Below, one piece after another: positions 8,877 through 18,126 of a DNA stretch of 41,402 nt. Below the pieces are notes generated by a model, which had not been told where the DNA came from, searched no databases, and saw nothing but the letters and a program-made list of their open reading frames with translations. Origin of the DNA: Candidatus Limnocylindrales bacterium (lineage in GTDB: Bacteria; Chloroflexota; Limnocylindria; Limnocylindrales; CSP1-4); contig JBKJOK010000345.1 of NCBI GenBank assembly GCA_046595595.1, positions 1 through 41,402 of the forward strand, written 5' to 3'. Numbering within the stretch: the stretch's first letter is position 1; each line of letters begins with the position of its first letter. The position numbers were made by a program, and so were the translations under genes.

Positions 8877-10964
8877 TCACCGGAGGAACGCGGCCGCGAC
8901 ACCCGCGTCGACCGGGATGTGCAGCCCGGTCGTCTGGCTGAGATCGCCGCCGGTCAGGGCGAAGACTGCGGCGGCAACGTGCTCCGGCAGGACCTCGCGC
9001 TTCAGGAGCGTCCGCTGGGCGTAGAACTCGCCGAGCTTGTCCTCGCTGATCCCGTACGTCCGGGCCCGATCCGCGCCCCAGCCCTTGGCGAAGATCCCGG
9101 AGCCGCGGACGACGCCGTCGGGGTTGATCCCGTTGACCCGGATCGCGTACTGCCCGAGCTCGGCCGCGAGGAGCCGGACCTGGTGGGCCTGATCGGCCTT
9201 CGATGCGCCATATGCCACGTTGTTGGGGCCGGCGAAGAACGCGTTCTTGCTGACGATGTAGATGAGGTCGCCGCCCATCGCCTGGTCGATCAGGATCCGG
9301 GTCGCCTCGCGCGACACGAGGAACGAGCCGCGGGCCATCACGTCGTGTTGGAGGTCCCAGTCGCGGACCGTCGTCTCGAGGAGGGGCTTCGAGATCGACA
9401 GGCCGGCGTTGTTCACGATCAGGTCCACGCCCCCGAACGCGAGCACGGCGTCGCGGAAGGCAGCGGCGATCTGGGCTTCGTCGGTGACGTCGGAGACGAC
9501 ACCGATCGCGACGTCGGTGCTGCCGAGCTCGCGGGCGACCGCCTCCGCGCTCGCGGCGTCGATGTCGGCGACGACGACGCAGGCGCCCTCGGCCGCGAGG
9601 CGATGAGCGATCGCCTTGCCGATCCCCGATCCCCCGCCGGTCACGAGCGCGACCCGCGCGGCGAGCGGCTTCGGGGCCGGCATCCGGGCGAGCTTCGCCT
9701 CTTCGAGCGCCCAGTACTCGATCGCGAACTTCTCGGCCTCGGCGATCGGGGCGTAGGTCGAGAGGGCCTCGGCGCCGCGCATCACGTTGATCGCGTTGAG
9801 GTAGAACTCGCCGGCGACGCGGGCGGTCTGCTTGTTCGCCCCGAACGAGAACATCCCGACACCCGGGATCAGGACGACCGCCGGGTCGGCGCCGCGCATC
9901 GCGGGACTGTCCGGCGTCGCATGGCGCTCGTAGTAGGCCGCGTAGTCTGCGCGGTACGCCTCGTGCAGCTCGCGCAGCCGGGCGCCGACCTCCTCGAGCG
10001 GAGCGCTCGGCGGCAGGTCGAGGACCATCGGCCGGACCTTCGTCCGGAGGAAATGATCCGGGCAGGACGTCCCGAGGGCGGCCAGGCGCGGATGCTCGGC
10101 CGAAGCGAGAAAGTCGAGGACCCGCTCGTCGTCGGTGTAGTGCCCGACCATCGGCCGATCCGTCGAGGCGAGCCCCCGAACGAGTGGCAGGAGAGCCGCA
10201 GCGCGGACGCGGCGCTCGTCCACGGCGAGCGGTTCGTTGGCCGCGATCCGGGTCCCGAACGGATCCGGCCGGCCGTGCTCGGTGATGTACGCCGCGGCGG
10301 CGCCGATGATCTCGAGCGAGCGCGCCTCGCACGCCTCGGACGTGTCGGCCCAGGCCGTGATCCCGTGGCCGCCCAGGATCGCGCCGATCGCCTCGGGGTG
10401 GTCCCGGCGGATCGCCGCGATGTCGAGCCCGAGCTGGAAGCCGGGTCGGCGCCACGGCACCCACGCCACCCGGTCGCCGAAGACGGCCCGGGTCAGCGCC
10501 TCTCCGTCGGCGGCCGTCGCCAGCGCGATGCCCGAGTCCGGGTGGAGGTGATCGACGTGGGCGGCGTCAACGAGGCCGTGCATCGCGGTGTCGATCGACG
10601 GGGCCGCGCCCCCCCGGCCATGGAGGCAGAAGTCGAAGGCGGCGACCATCTCGTCCTCGCGCTCGACGCCCGGATAGACGTCCACGAGCGCGCGCATGCG
10701 GTCCAGGCGGAGGACGGCCAGCCCGGCCTCTCGGAGCGTCCCGAGGTCGCCGCCCGAGCCCTTGACCCAGAGCAATTCGACGGCCTCGCCCGTCACCGGG
10801 TCGATCGAGGTGCCCTTGGCCGACGTGTTGCCGCCGGCGTAGTTCGTGTTCGCCGGATCCGCCCCGAGGCGGTTCGAACGATCGATGAGGGCCGCCACGG
10901 TTGCCGCGGCAGTGCTCCTTCGGGGGTCCGGGCTCGCGCTCACCGTGGTCTCGATGGTCGTCAT
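8877..10964 (-). CDS. rhaEW: Bifunctional rhamnulose-1-phosphate aldolase / lactaldehyde dehydrogenase (class II aldolase + SDR)
   Basis: GGNTSAK, KGSGGD, PSIDTAMH, HLHPD, CPDHFLRTK and IEYWALEEAKL, then SDR TGGGSGIG, NNAG and YGASK. ATG 10964 overlaps the rhaI stop. Confidence 0.93.
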   Translation of the reverse strand: MTTIETTVSASPDPRRSTAAATVAALIDRSNRLGADPANTNYAGGNTSAKGTSIDPVTGEAVELLWVKGSGGDLGTLREAGLAVLRLDRMRALVDVYPGVEREDEMVAAFDFCLHGRGGAAPSIDTAMHGLVDAAHVDHLHPDSGIALATAADGEALTRAVFGDRVAWVPWRRPGFQLGLDIAAIRRDHPEAIGAILGGHGITAWADTSEACEARSLEIIGAAAAYITEHGRPDPFGTRIAANEPLAVDERRVRAAALLPLVRGLASTDRPMVGHYTDDERVLDFLASAEHPRLAALGTSCPDHFLRTKVRPMVLDLPPSAPLEEVGARLRELHEAYRADYAAYYERHATPDSPAMRGADPAVVLIPGVGMFSFGANKQTARVAGEFYLNAINVMRGAEALSTYAPIAEAEKFAIEYWALEEAKLARMPAPKPLAARVALVTGGGSGIGKAIAHRLAAEGACVVVADIDAASAEAVARELGSTDVAIGVVSDVTDEAQIAAAFRDAVLAFGGVDLIVNNAGLSISKPLLETTVRDWDLQHDVMARGSFLVSREATRILIDQAMGGDLIYIVSKNAFFAGPNNVAYGASKADQAHQVRLLAAELGQYAIRVNGINPDGVVRGSGIFAKGWGADRARTYGISEDKLGEFYAQRTLLKREVLPEHVAAAVFALTGGDLSQTTGLHIPVDAGVAAAFLR

Positions 10965-12127
10965 GCGCCCCATCCCGCGGCCTGGCCACCGACCCGATCG
11001 GCGACGATTCGCTCGAAGTATCCGGACCGGGCGTAGGCGCCGATCGGGTCCGGATCGAGGCCCATCCCCGTCCGGACGTCCGCCAGGAGCGGCCGGACGT
11101 CCGTGTTGAAGGCGTCCATCACGACCGCATTCGCGCCGAGCACGTCACCAGCCGCCTGGGCGGACTCGAGCGCCGCCCGATCGACGAGGAGTGCCTTCGC
11201 CGTCGCCTCCTGGACGTTCATCACCGATCGAATCTGGCCCGGGATCTTGGGTTCGATGTTGTGGCACTGGTCCAGCATGAACGCAACGCCGGCCTCCGCG
11301 CTGAGTCCGCCCGCACTGACGACCTCCCACATGATCCGGAACAGCTGGAACGGATCGGCTGAACCGACCATCAGGTCGTCGTCGGCGTAGAAGCGCGAGT
11401 TGAAGTCGAAGCCGCCGAGCCGGCCGGCCCGCAGGAGCACGGCGACGATGAACTCGATGTTCGTGCCCGGCGCGTGGTGGCCCGTGTCCACGACCACCGC
11501 GGCCTTTTCGCCGACGGCGACGCACTGCATGTAGGCGGTGCCCCAGTCCGGAACGTCCATCGTGTAGAACGACGGTTCGAAGAACTTGTACTCCAGGAGC
11601 ATCCGCTGATCCGGCCCGAGGCGGGCATGGACGGCGGCGAGGGCCTCGGCGAGGCGGTCCTGACGGGCCCGGATGTCGTCCTGGCCGGGATAGTTGGTCC
11701 CGTCGCTGAACCACAGCTTCAGGTCGCGCGAGCCGGTCGCGTCCATGATGTCGATACAGGCCAGGAGATGGTCGAGCGCCTTGCGCCGGACCCGCGGATC
11801 CGGATTGCAGACGCTGCCGAGCATGTAGTCGTCGTCCTGGAACACGTTCGAGTTGATCGTCCCGAGGGAGACCCCGCACTCCGCGGCATGACGGGCGAGC
11901 GCCGCGTAGTCGTCGACCTGGTCCCAGGGGATGTGAAGGGCGACGCTGGGCGCGACGCCGGTGTAGCGCTGGACTTCCGCCGCGTCCGCGATCTTCTCCT
12001 CGGGCGTCCGCGGAACGCCCTTCTGGGCGAAGACCTTGAAGCGCGTCCCGGAGTTGCCGAATGCCCACGACGGGAGCTCGATGCGCTGGGCCCTGAGCGC
12101 CGCGACGACGGCCGGGTTGCTGGTCAC
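10961..12127 (-). CDS. rhaI: L-rhamnose isomerase (RhaI type, xylose-isomerase-like TIM barrel)
   Basis: ELPSWAFGNSGTRF, LHIPWD, WFSDGTNYPGQ, LEYKFFEP, DTGHH and DQCHNIE motifs. GGAGG lies 5 nt before GTG 12127. Confidence 0.93.
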   Translation of the reverse strand: MTSNPAVVAALRAQRIELPSWAFGNSGTRFKVFAQKGVPRTPEEKIADAAEVQRYTGVAPSVALHIPWDQVDDYAALARHAAECGVSLGTINSNVFQDDDYMLGSVCNPDPRVRRKALDHLLACIDIMDATGSRDLKLWFSDGTNYPGQDDIRARQDRLAEALAAVHARLGPDQRMLLEYKFFEPSFYTMDVPDWGTAYMQCVAVGEKAAVVVDTGHHAPGTNIEFIVAVLLRAGRLGGFDFNSRFYADDDLMVGSADPFQLFRIMWEVVSAGGLSAEAGVAFMLDQCHNIEPKIPGQIRSVMNVQEATAKALLVDRAALESAQAAGDVLGANAVVMDAFNTDVRPLLADVRTGMGLDPDPIGAYARSGYFERIVADRVGGQAAGWGA

Positions 12128-12158
12128 GCGATCCTCCATCGCCCGTCGGGCGCAATCC

Positions 12159-12266
12159 TCATGTCCATCGTGATCGCTCCCGGCCGGCGCCGTCGCGTGA
12201 TCCGGAGGAGTACGGGACGCCGCTGCGCCGCCGGCCGGAGCGATCTGCCAGCGAACGTGGACATGA
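12159..12266 (-). ncRNA. Candidate structured cis-regulatory element in the rhaI 5' leader
   Basis: Nested inverted repeats 12159-12167/12258-12266, 12172-12189/12229-12245 and 12191-12198/12212-12219. The apical loop reads CUCCUCC in the mRNA. Confidence 0.4.
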
Positions 12267-12310
12267 CGGCAAGGTTGTCGATCACGGCTTCCGCTGCTGG
12301 CGATCCACAC

Positions 12311-12339
12311 AGGCTGACATAGGTTTCGTTTGATTGCAA
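12311..12339 (-). promoter_or_regulatory. Putative rhaI promoter
   Basis: Minus strand TTGCAA, 17 nt spacer, CAGCCT with an extended TGn, inside an AT-rich island. Confidence 0.45.
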
Positions 12340-12399
12340 TTCCTTTCTTGACATTCCATTCACGATGCGATTAGTGTGCGGCAGGCAACCAATCGAAAC
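12323..12399. promoter_or_regulatory. Putative RhaR (DeoR) operator pair
   Basis: GTTTCGTTTGATTGC (12323-12337) and GCAACCAATCGAAAC (12385-12399) are inverted copies with 13/15 identity, each overlapping or adjacent to one divergent promoter. Confidence 0.55.
12348..12377 (+). promoter_or_regulatory. Putative sigma70 promoter of the regulator-ABC operon
   Basis: Perfect TTGACA (12348-12353), 18 nt spacer, TAGTGT (12372-12377). Confidence 0.6.
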
Positions 12400-12453
12400 T
12401 CAATTGTTGCCGGTTCGAGCCCGCCATCCCCGATCCGCCCCGAAGGAGCGTCC

Positions 12454-13332
12454 TTGCCCGGTTCCGCGAGCGGCTCGCCGAAGGATGTCTTTGCGCGAGA
12501 ACGTCAGGACCACATCGCCCGCCTCGTCGAAGAGCACGGCCGTGCCCGTGTCGCCGATCTGGCCGCCCGGTTCGCAGTGTCGACGGTCACGATCCGCAAG
12601 GACCTGGTGATCCTCGAGGCCGGCCACCGACTCGTCCGGGCTCATGGCGGCGCGATCGCGGCGGATCGCAGCCGGGCGGAGCTCTCATTCGACATCCGCG
12701 AGCGCCTCCAGGCCGACGAGAAGGTCCAGATCGGAGCGGCCGCCGCGGCCTTGGTCCACGACGGCGAAAGCATCGTGATGGACGCCAGCACGACCGCCCT
12801 GTCCGTCGCTCGCCACCTGAAGACGAAGGGCGGCTGGAGCCAGCTCACGATCATCACGAACGGCCTCCGGATCGCAAGCGAGCTGGCCGGCCATCCCGGG
12901 ATCACCGTCCTGATGCTCGGCGGCCGGGTTCGTTGGGAGGCCCTGTCGGTCGTCGGCCAGCTGGGCGACGGCCTGTTCGACCGGATCAACGTCCAGACCG
13001 CGTTCCTCGGCGCAGCCGGCTTCACCGTCGAGTCGGGCCTGTCGGACGCCACCGACGAGGAGGCCCAGATCAAGCGCTCGATGGTCGCCGCCGCCCGCGA
13101 GGTCATCGCGATCGTCGACCACACGAAGTGGGAGCGGGCCGCGTTCGCCACCTTCTGCCCGACCGACAAGATCGCCATCGTCCTGACCGACGCCGCGGCC
13201 CCGGCGGGCATGGTCGCCGACCTGGCTCAGCGGAACATCGATGTGCGCCTCGTCGACGGGACGAACACGGACGGCGATGGGCGGCGCTCGCGCGGCTCCG
13301 ACGAGCTCGATCCCTCGAGGTCCCGGGCGTGA
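12454..13332 (+). CDS. rhaR: DeoR/GlpR-family transcriptional regulator of the rhamnose locus
   Basis: VSTVTIRKDL HTH, RAHGGA, MDASTT, TIITNG and VDHTKW motifs. AAGGAG lies 5 nt before TTG 12454. Confidence 0.88.
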   Translation: MPGSASGSPKDVFARERQDHIARLVEEHGRARVADLAARFAVSTVTIRKDLVILEAGHRLVRAHGGAIAADRSRAELSFDIRERLQADEKVQIGAAAAALVHDGESIVMDASTTALSVARHLKTKGGWSQLTIITNGLRIASELAGHPGITVLMLGGRVRWEALSVVGQLGDGLFDRINVQTAFLGAAGFTVESGLSDATDEEAQIKRSMVAAAREVIAIVDHTKWERAAFATFCPTDKIAIVLTDAAAPAGMVADLAQRNIDVRLVDGTNTDGDGRRSRGSDELDPSRSRA

Positions 13333-14912
13333 CCCCCCACGAGCCGCCGGCCGGGGCGGCCACCGCAGCCGCGCCCCGGGCGGAGCTGCGCGGAATCTCC
13401 AAGCGCTTCCTCGCCACCCAGGCCCTCGACGGCGTCTCGATCGAGCTGTTGCCGGGCGAGGTCCATGCCCTCGTCGGCGAGAACGGCGCCGGGAAGAGCA
13501 CGCTCGTCAAGATCCTGGCCGGCATCCATCAGCCGGACAGCGGTGAGATCCTCCTCGACGGCGAGCCGATCCAGATCGCCGGCCCGGCCCGCGCCCGGGC
13601 GCTCGGGATCGCCGTCGTCCACCAGGAACCGCGCCTGTTCCCGGATCTGACCGTCGCCGAGAACGTCTTCATCGGCCATGCCCCGTCCGGCCGGTTCGGC
13701 GCGATCGACTGGGGCTCGACCCGGCGCTCGGCGCAGACCCTCTTCGACCAGCTCGGCGTCCAGTTCGACGTCGGCGCGCCGGTTCGCGGCCTGTCGATGG
13801 CCGATCAGCAGCTGATCGAGATCGCCAAGTCCCTGTCGGTCGAGGCACGCGTCCTCATCCTCGACGAGCCGACGGCGTCGCTGTCGGCCCACGAGGTCGA
13901 GCGCCTGTTCACGATCGTCCGCCGCTTGCGCGAGCGCGGCGTCTCGATCCTGTTCGTCAGCCATCGCCTCGACGAGGTCTTTGCCCTGTGCGACCGGGCA
14001 ACCGTCTTCCGCGACGGTCGCCACGTGATCACGACCGAGACCGCGACGCTGACCACCGCGGACCTGGTCCGGCACATGGTCGGACGGGCCGTCTCCCTCT
14101 TCCCGAAGGTCGAGACGCCGGTCGGCGACGTGCTCCTCGAAGTCGACCACCTGACCCGGGCGGGCGCCTTCCGCGACATCTCGTTCACCGTGCGCGCCGG
14201 CGAGATCGTCGGCTTCGCCGGGCTGGTCGGAGCCGGCCGGACCGAGGTCGCCCGCGTCCTGTTCGGTATCGACCGACGCGATTCCGGCGAGGTCCGCCTG
14301 GGCGGCGTGGCGGTGTCGTACGCGAGCCCGTCGGAGGCGATGCACGGCGGCATCGCCTATCTCCCCGAGGACCGTCACCAGGAGGGTCTCGTCCTCGATT
14401 TCACGATCGCCCAGAACGTGACCCTGCCGATCCTGCCGCGCCTCTTCCCGCGGCTCCTGGTTCGGGCGGCGCGCGAGCGCGAGGTCGCCAACGAGTACAC
14501 GAAGCAGTTCAACGTCCGGATGACCGGCGTGGACCAGCTCGTCGGGGCCCTGTCGGGTGGCAACCAGCAGAAGGTCGTCCTGGCCAAGTGGCTGGCCTCG
14601 AAGCCGCGCGTGTTGATCCTCGACGAGCCGACTCGCGGGATCGACATCGGGGCCAAGGTCGAGGTCCACCGGATCATCGGCGAGCTCGCCGCGGCCGGTC
14701 TCGGGATCGTCCTGATCTCGAGCGACCTGCCAGAGGTCCTCGCGATGTCCGACCGGATCCTCGTCCTCCACGAAGGCCGCCTGACCGCCGAGATCCCCCG
14801 TGATCGGGCCACCGAGGAGCGGGTGATGTTCGCCGCGACCGGCAGTCAGCCCGGGACGGGCGATGCCGACGCGCCGATGGCACCGGCGCCGGGGGGCGGC
14901 GGACATGGTTGA
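13329..14912 (+). CDS. rhaT: Sugar ABC transporter ATP-binding protein (CUT2, double NBD)
   Basis: GENGAGKST, LDEPTASL, LSGGNQQKV and LDEPTRGID motifs. GTGA overlap with the regulator. Confidence 0.93.
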   Translation: MTPHEPPAGAATAAAPRAELRGISKRFLATQALDGVSIELLPGEVHALVGENGAGKSTLVKILAGIHQPDSGEILLDGEPIQIAGPARARALGIAVVHQEPRLFPDLTVAENVFIGHAPSGRFGAIDWGSTRRSAQTLFDQLGVQFDVGAPVRGLSMADQQLIEIAKSLSVEARVLILDEPTASLSAHEVERLFTIVRRLRERGVSILFVSHRLDEVFALCDRATVFRDGRHVITTETATLTTADLVRHMVGRAVSLFPKVETPVGDVLLEVDHLTRAGAFRDISFTVRAGEIVGFAGLVGAGRTEVARVLFGIDRRDSGEVRLGGVAVSYASPSEAMHGGIAYLPEDRHQEGLVLDFTIAQNVTLPILPRLFPRLLVRAAREREVANEYTKQFNVRMTGVDQLVGALSGGNQQKVVLAKWLASKPRVLILDEPTRGIDIGAKVEVHRIIGELAAAGLGIVLISSDLPEVLAMSDRILVLHEGRLTAEIPRDRATEERVMFAATGSQPGTGDADAPMAPAPGGGGHG

Positions 14913-15930
14913 TGGCGTCGTGACGATCGCTCCTGCGACCGGCAACGCGCGGCGCTGGCTCATGGCCGCGGCCCGCCAGCGCGAGCTGACCCTCGTCGCG
15001 ATCATGTTCGTCGTGGGCGGACTCGTCTCGATCTCCGCACCCCAGTTCCTGACCGCCTCCAACCTGAGCCAGGTTGCCGTGCTCGCGGCCGTGACGGCGG
15101 TGGCCGCGATCGGCGAAGCGCTCGTGATCATCACGCGCAACGTCGATCTGTCGGTCGAGGCGATGATCGGCCTCGTCGCCTACGTGGTCGCGGTCACGCT
15201 CGAGAGCCAGACCCTGAACTCCCCGGCCGCGATCCTCGTCGGGCTCCTGCTCGGCCTCGTCCTCGGGATGATCAACGGCTTCATCATCGCGTTCCTCCGG
15301 GTGCCCGCGATCGTCGCGACCCTCGGTACGCTGAGCGTCTTCCGCGGGATCGACTACTTCATCGCCGGCAGCCACCAGGTCCCGGTCGCCGGCCTGCCCC
15401 AGGGCTTCACCGACCCCGCCCGCGGCGACATCCTCGGGATCCCGATCTTCGTCCTGATCTCGGTCGCGGTCGTCACCGCCGGGATGTTCGTCCTGCGTTA
15501 CAGCCGGTTCGGCCGGCAGCTCTACGCGGTCGGCAGCAATCCCGAGGCCGCAGCGATCCTGGGCATCCCCTCGAAGCGCGTCGTCTTCACCGCCTTCGCC
15601 CTGTGCGGCCTGCTGTCCGGCGCGGCCGGGGTGATGTGGGTCATGGAGTTCGGCACGATCAACGGCACGGCCGCGACCGGCGCGGGCCTTGCGATCGTGG
15701 CCGCGGTCGTCGTCGGTGGGGTGAACATCTTCGGCGGCTCGGGCACGCTCGCCGGGGCCGCGATCGGCGCCCTGTTCCTCGGGTTCATCGCGAACGCCCT
15801 GATCCTCGTCGGGCTGTCGCAGTTCTGGCTCCAGGCGATCTACGGCGTGGTGATCCTCGCGGCGGTCGCCGCCGACGCCCTGATCCTGCGTCGCATGCGA
15901 CGCGCCTCGTCGCACCGGGCGAGCCGATGA
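14905..15930 (+). CDS. rhaP: Sugar ABC transporter permease (RbsC family)
   Basis: NVDLSV, PAIVATLGT, GRQLYAVGSNPEAA and AVVVGGVNIFGGSG motifs. Confidence 0.9.
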   Translation: MVDGVVTIAPATGNARRWLMAAARQRELTLVAIMFVVGGLVSISAPQFLTASNLSQVAVLAAVTAVAAIGEALVIITRNVDLSVEAMIGLVAYVVAVTLESQTLNSPAAILVGLLLGLVLGMINGFIIAFLRVPAIVATLGTLSVFRGIDYFIAGSHQVPVAGLPQGFTDPARGDILGIPIFVLISVAVVTAGMFVLRYSRFGRQLYAVGSNPEAAAILGIPSKRVVFTAFALCGLLSGAAGVMWVMEFGTINGTAATGAGLAIVAAVVVGGVNIFGGSGTLAGAAIGALFLGFIANALILVGLSQFWLQAIYGVVILAAVAADALILRRMRRASSHRASR

Positions 15931-16979
15931 CCGTCGCCCGCGCGACCCGTTCCGGCCGGCCCGCCTGGGGGCGGTTCGTCCGCTGGGAGACGCTCCTGAT
16001 CGTCGCCCTGCTCGGACTGATCGTCGCCGGGACGGCCCTGTCGCCGTTCTTCCTGACCGCCGGCAACTTCGCCAACCTGATCGCCGCCCTCATGGAGGTC
16101 GCGATCATGGCCCTGCCGATGACCCTGATCATCATCGCTGCCGAGATCGACCTGTCCGTCGAATCGATGGCGGGACTCGCCAGCGCGGTCCTCGGCTTCC
16201 TGTGGGCGGCCGGCGTGCCGCTCGAGGCCGCGATCCCGATCGTGCTCCTGGTCGGCGCCCTGGGCGGTCTGCTCAACGGCCTGCTCATCGCCAAGGCGGG
16301 ACTGCCGTCCCTCGTCGTGACCCTCGGGACGCTTGCCCTCTTCCGGGGCCTCGCCCTGATCGTCCTTGGGCCGCGCGGCGTCAGCGACTTCCCGACGGCC
16401 TTCACCGAATTCGGCTTCGGCCACGTGCCCGGGACGCTGATCCCGTGGCCGTTCGTGGTCTTCGTGGCCCTCGCGGCCGGCCTGGGCGTCGTGCTCCATC
16501 GAACATGGATCGGGCGGCAGGTCTACGCCGTCGGCCGGAGCCAGGGCGCGGCGCGCTTCTCGGGCGTCCGCGTGACCCGCCTCAAGATCGCGCTGTTCGT
16601 CCTTTCAGGGCTGATTGCCGCCCTTGCCGGGATCATCCTGACGGCTCGCCTGTCGAGCGCCCGGGCCGACGCCGCCCAGGGCATGACCCTGACGGTCGTG
16701 ACCGTCGTGCTCCTCGGCGGCGTGAACATCTTCGGCGGACGGGGTTCGATCCCGGGCGTGGCCCTCGCGGTCATCGCCGTGGCGGTCATGCAGAACGCCC
16801 TCCGCCTTGCCAGCGTGACGGTCGAGGTCCAGAGCATCGCCCTCGGGCTGCTCCTGATCCTCTCGGTCGTCATCCCCAACTCCGCTCACCAGGCCAAGTC
16901 GGCCATCGATCGAGTCCGTGGAGGACGGCCTCCGCCGGTCGACTCGGTTCGCCGTGGTGAGGTAGGACGCGCACGATGA
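15927..16979 (+). CDS. rhaQ: Sugar ABC transporter permease (RbsC family)
   Basis: EIDLSV, PSLVVTLGT, GRQVYAVG and VVLLGGVNIFGGRG motifs. ATGA overlap. Confidence 0.9.
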   Translation: MTVARATRSGRPAWGRFVRWETLLIVALLGLIVAGTALSPFFLTAGNFANLIAALMEVAIMALPMTLIIIAAEIDLSVESMAGLASAVLGFLWAAGVPLEAAIPIVLLVGALGGLLNGLLIAKAGLPSLVVTLGTLALFRGLALIVLGPRGVSDFPTAFTEFGFGHVPGTLIPWPFVVFVALAAGLGVVLHRTWIGRQVYAVGRSQGAARFSGVRVTRLKIALFVLSGLIAALAGIILTARLSSARADAAQGMTLTVVTVVLLGGVNIFGGRGSIPGVALAVIAVAVMQNALRLASVTVEVQSIALGLLLILSVVIPNSAHQAKSAIDRVRGGRPPPVDSVRRGEVGRAR

Positions 16980-16992
16980 GGAGGACTCAGCC

Positions 16993-18051
16993 TTGAAACT
17001 CAGATCAGCCGGGCGAACGATCGCCCTGGCAACGGTCACCGTCATGCTGTTCGCAGCATGCGGCGCGGCCGCCACCCCGAAGCCGGCCACGTCGACCGCC
17101 CCGGGCGGCTCCGGCGCTGCGGCGGCGATCACGGTCGGCTACCTGCCGAAGGACATCGTCAACCAGTACTTCGCCGCCGCCAAGACCGGCGTCGACAAGG
17201 CGGCCGGCGAGACCGGCGGCAAGGTCATCCAGGTCGGCCCGAACGAGGCCAAGGCCGACCTCCAGATCCCGTTCATCACCGACCTCACGACCCAGAAGGT
17301 CAACGCGATCATCATCTCGGCCGACGGCAAGGATGAGGTCGCTCCGGCCCTGAAGGCGGCGATGGCCGCCGGCATCAAGGTCGTCGGCTTCGACTCGAGC
17401 CCCGCGGTCGGGGCGTATGACGTGTTCGTCAACCAGGTTGACTTCAGCGGTGTCGGCGTGAACCTCGCCGACTGGGCCTGCGAGCTCGCGCCGAGCTGCA
17501 CGGGCGAGATCGCGATCCTCTCGGCGGCGGCCACAGCCACCAACCAGAACGCGTGGATCGAGCTGATGAAGACGACCCTCGCCACCGACAAGTACAAGGG
17601 CCTCAAGCTCGTCGACACCGTCTACGGCGACGACGACGCGACCAAGAGCACCCAGCAGGCGCAGGCCCTCCTGACCAAGTACCCGAACCTCAAGGTCATC
17701 GTCGCCCCGACCACCGTCGGCATCCTGGCCGGCGCCCAGGTCGTCCAGAAGGCCGGCAAGTCGTCCACGGTCAAGGTCACCGGCCTCGGCTTCCCGAACG
17801 ACATGAAGGCGTTCGTCAAGGACGGCACGTCCCCGGTCTTCGGCCTGTGGAGCGTTCCGGACCTCGGCTACCTCTCGTACATCGTGGCTCAGAAGCTCAT
17901 CGCCGGAGAGATCACGGGCAAGGAAGGAGAGACGTTCACGGTCAAGGGCTTGAACAAGGACCAGCCCTACACGATCGGCAAGGACGGGGTCGTCATCCTC
18001 GGCCCAGCCTTCCGGTTCGACTCCACGAACGTCGACCAGTTCGACTTCTAG
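16993..18051 (+). CDS. rhaS: Rhamnose ABC transporter substrate-binding lipoprotein
   Basis: Lipobox LFAAC, LPKDIVNQYF, ATNQNAWI, YGDDD, PTTVGI, TGLG and LWSVPDLGY motifs. GAGGAGG RBS before TTG. Confidence 0.9.
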   Translation: MKLRSAGRTIALATVTVMLFAACGAAATPKPATSTAPGGSGAAAAITVGYLPKDIVNQYFAAAKTGVDKAAGETGGKVIQVGPNEAKADLQIPFITDLTTQKVNAIIISADGKDEVAPALKAAMAAGIKVVGFDSSPAVGAYDVFVNQVDFSGVGVNLADWACELAPSCTGEIAILSAAATATNQNAWIELMKTTLATDKYKGLKLVDTVYGDDDATKSTQQAQALLTKYPNLKVIVAPTTVGILAGAQVVQKAGKSSTVKVTGLGFPNDMKAFVKDGTSPVFGLWSVPDLGYLSYIVAQKLIAGEITGKEGETFTVKGLNKDQPYTIGKDGVVILGPAFRFDSTNVDQFDF

Positions 18052-18074
18052 CTCCTCGTTTTCGCGAACGCGGA

Positions 18075-18109
18075 GCGGCGCCCCGGAGGCTCGGCCTTCG
18101 GGGCGCCGC
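18075..18109 (+). terminator. Strong hairpin after the binding-protein gene (terminator or mRNA-stabilising stem)
   Basis: GCGGCGCCCCGGAGGC-tcg-GCCTTCGGGGCGCCGC: 16-bp stem with one G-U pair and no U-tract. Confidence 0.65.
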
Positions 18110-18126
18110 GATTCATTGGAGGTGCC

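Noticed and set aside
8919-11036. 705-aa plus-strand ORF (and similar long ORFs at 38116-40248, 22608-24974, 13227-15140)
   Set aside because: Antisense shadows of well-supported genes; stop codons are scarce in high-GC DNA and the translations have no motifs.
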